Below, piece after piece: positions 63,776 through 64,000 of a stretch of 64,000 nt of DNA (position 1 is its first letter; every line of letters begins with the position of its first letter). Made by a program: the position numbers and the translations under genes. This DNA comes from an uncultured Candidatus Saccharibacteria bacterium. Lineage in GTDB: Bacteria; Patescibacteriota; Minisyncoccia; Phycocordibacterales; DATDWN01. The notes under the pieces were generated by a model. The model was not told the DNA's origin, did not search any database, and saw nothing but the letters and a program-made list of their open reading frames with translations. The stretch covers positions 164,226 to 228,225 of the forward strand of contig CAZNUU010000001.1 of the NCBI GenBank assembly GCA_964576615.1, given 5' to 3'.

Positions 63776-64000
63776 GTAAAATCAGCTCATCTACGTTTAT
63801 TTATTTTGTGGGATTCGATAAAAAGAAAGGGCCTCACCGAGGTGAAGCCCTTCAAACTGAACACTGGGATACCCAGTGCGAAAGAACGGATTTTTGTTGA
63901 GTGGGCCGAGGCAACACTCAACAGAAACGTATTAAGATCAGGGAGAGTGATTGGAGAGAAACTGGTACCAGTTCCTCGATCCGCACACCCTCTAAAACCT

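Noticed and set aside
63827-63852. Hairpin after trxB as a plus-strand terminator.
   Set aside because: No U-tract on the plus side; the T-run is on the minus strand, so it more likely terminates a minus-strand gene beyond the window edge.
1-64000. CRISPR arrays, rRNA genes, transposases or integrases.
   Set aside because: No regularly spaced direct repeats, rRNA-like conserved stretches, or DDE/tyrosine-recombinase-like translations were found. The repeats present are palindromes, tRNA-end duplications and the two-copy structured element.

Overview
This 64 kb window reads as a gene-dense, low-GC (roughly 38-40% by eye) chromosomal segment with a reduced-genome, CPR/Patescibacteria-like character: short versions of dnaX, infB and rel, and many small membrane proteins. 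Housekeeping genes I can support from the translations are gyrA, topA (immediately after dprA), clpB, infB-rbfA, ftsA-ftsZ, serS, dnaX, a tRNA-dihydrouridine synthase, miaA, rel (RSH), parB, pth, lepB, rpsA, rpsU, rpmG (unlisted 51-aa ORF), ybeY, trxB, a class-V cysteine desulfurase, mscL, a three-gene MacAB/YknXYZ-like efflux operon with an ECF sigma factor, and seven tRNAs: Gln-TTG, Leu-CAA, Trp-CCA, Tyr-GTA, Leu-TAA, Lys-CTT and Leu-TAG. Superimposed on this backbone are more than 15 sharply bounded GC-rich islets (roughly 55-62% by eye). Each is one or two genes long, several sit next to tRNA genes, and several are bracketed by intrinsic terminators. One islet carries a textbook TTGACA-N18-TATAAT promoter and an AAGGAGG RBS. 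Other points of interest are: (1) a tRNA-rich hotspot at 39.1-44.8 kb with a YerC/TrpR-like regulator gene bracketed by identical perfect palindromes, each lying just upstream of a divergently transcribed tRNA gene; (2) a tandem array of six paralogous VirB2/TrbC-like pilin-like small membrane proteins co-oriented with a membrane-anchored solute-binding protein and a SAM methyltransferase; (3) a conserved ~170-190 nt structured element present twice (upstream of ftsA and of a membrane-protein gene) with compensatory changes in three helices, a likely new cis-regulatory or ncRNA family; (4) several promoter/terminator-bounded GC-rich candidate ncRNAs (53.16-53.48 kb, and the 700-nt dnaX-dus spacer); and (5) an att-like duplication of the tRNA-Trp 3' end. 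No CRISPR array, rRNA or clear transposase was seen.
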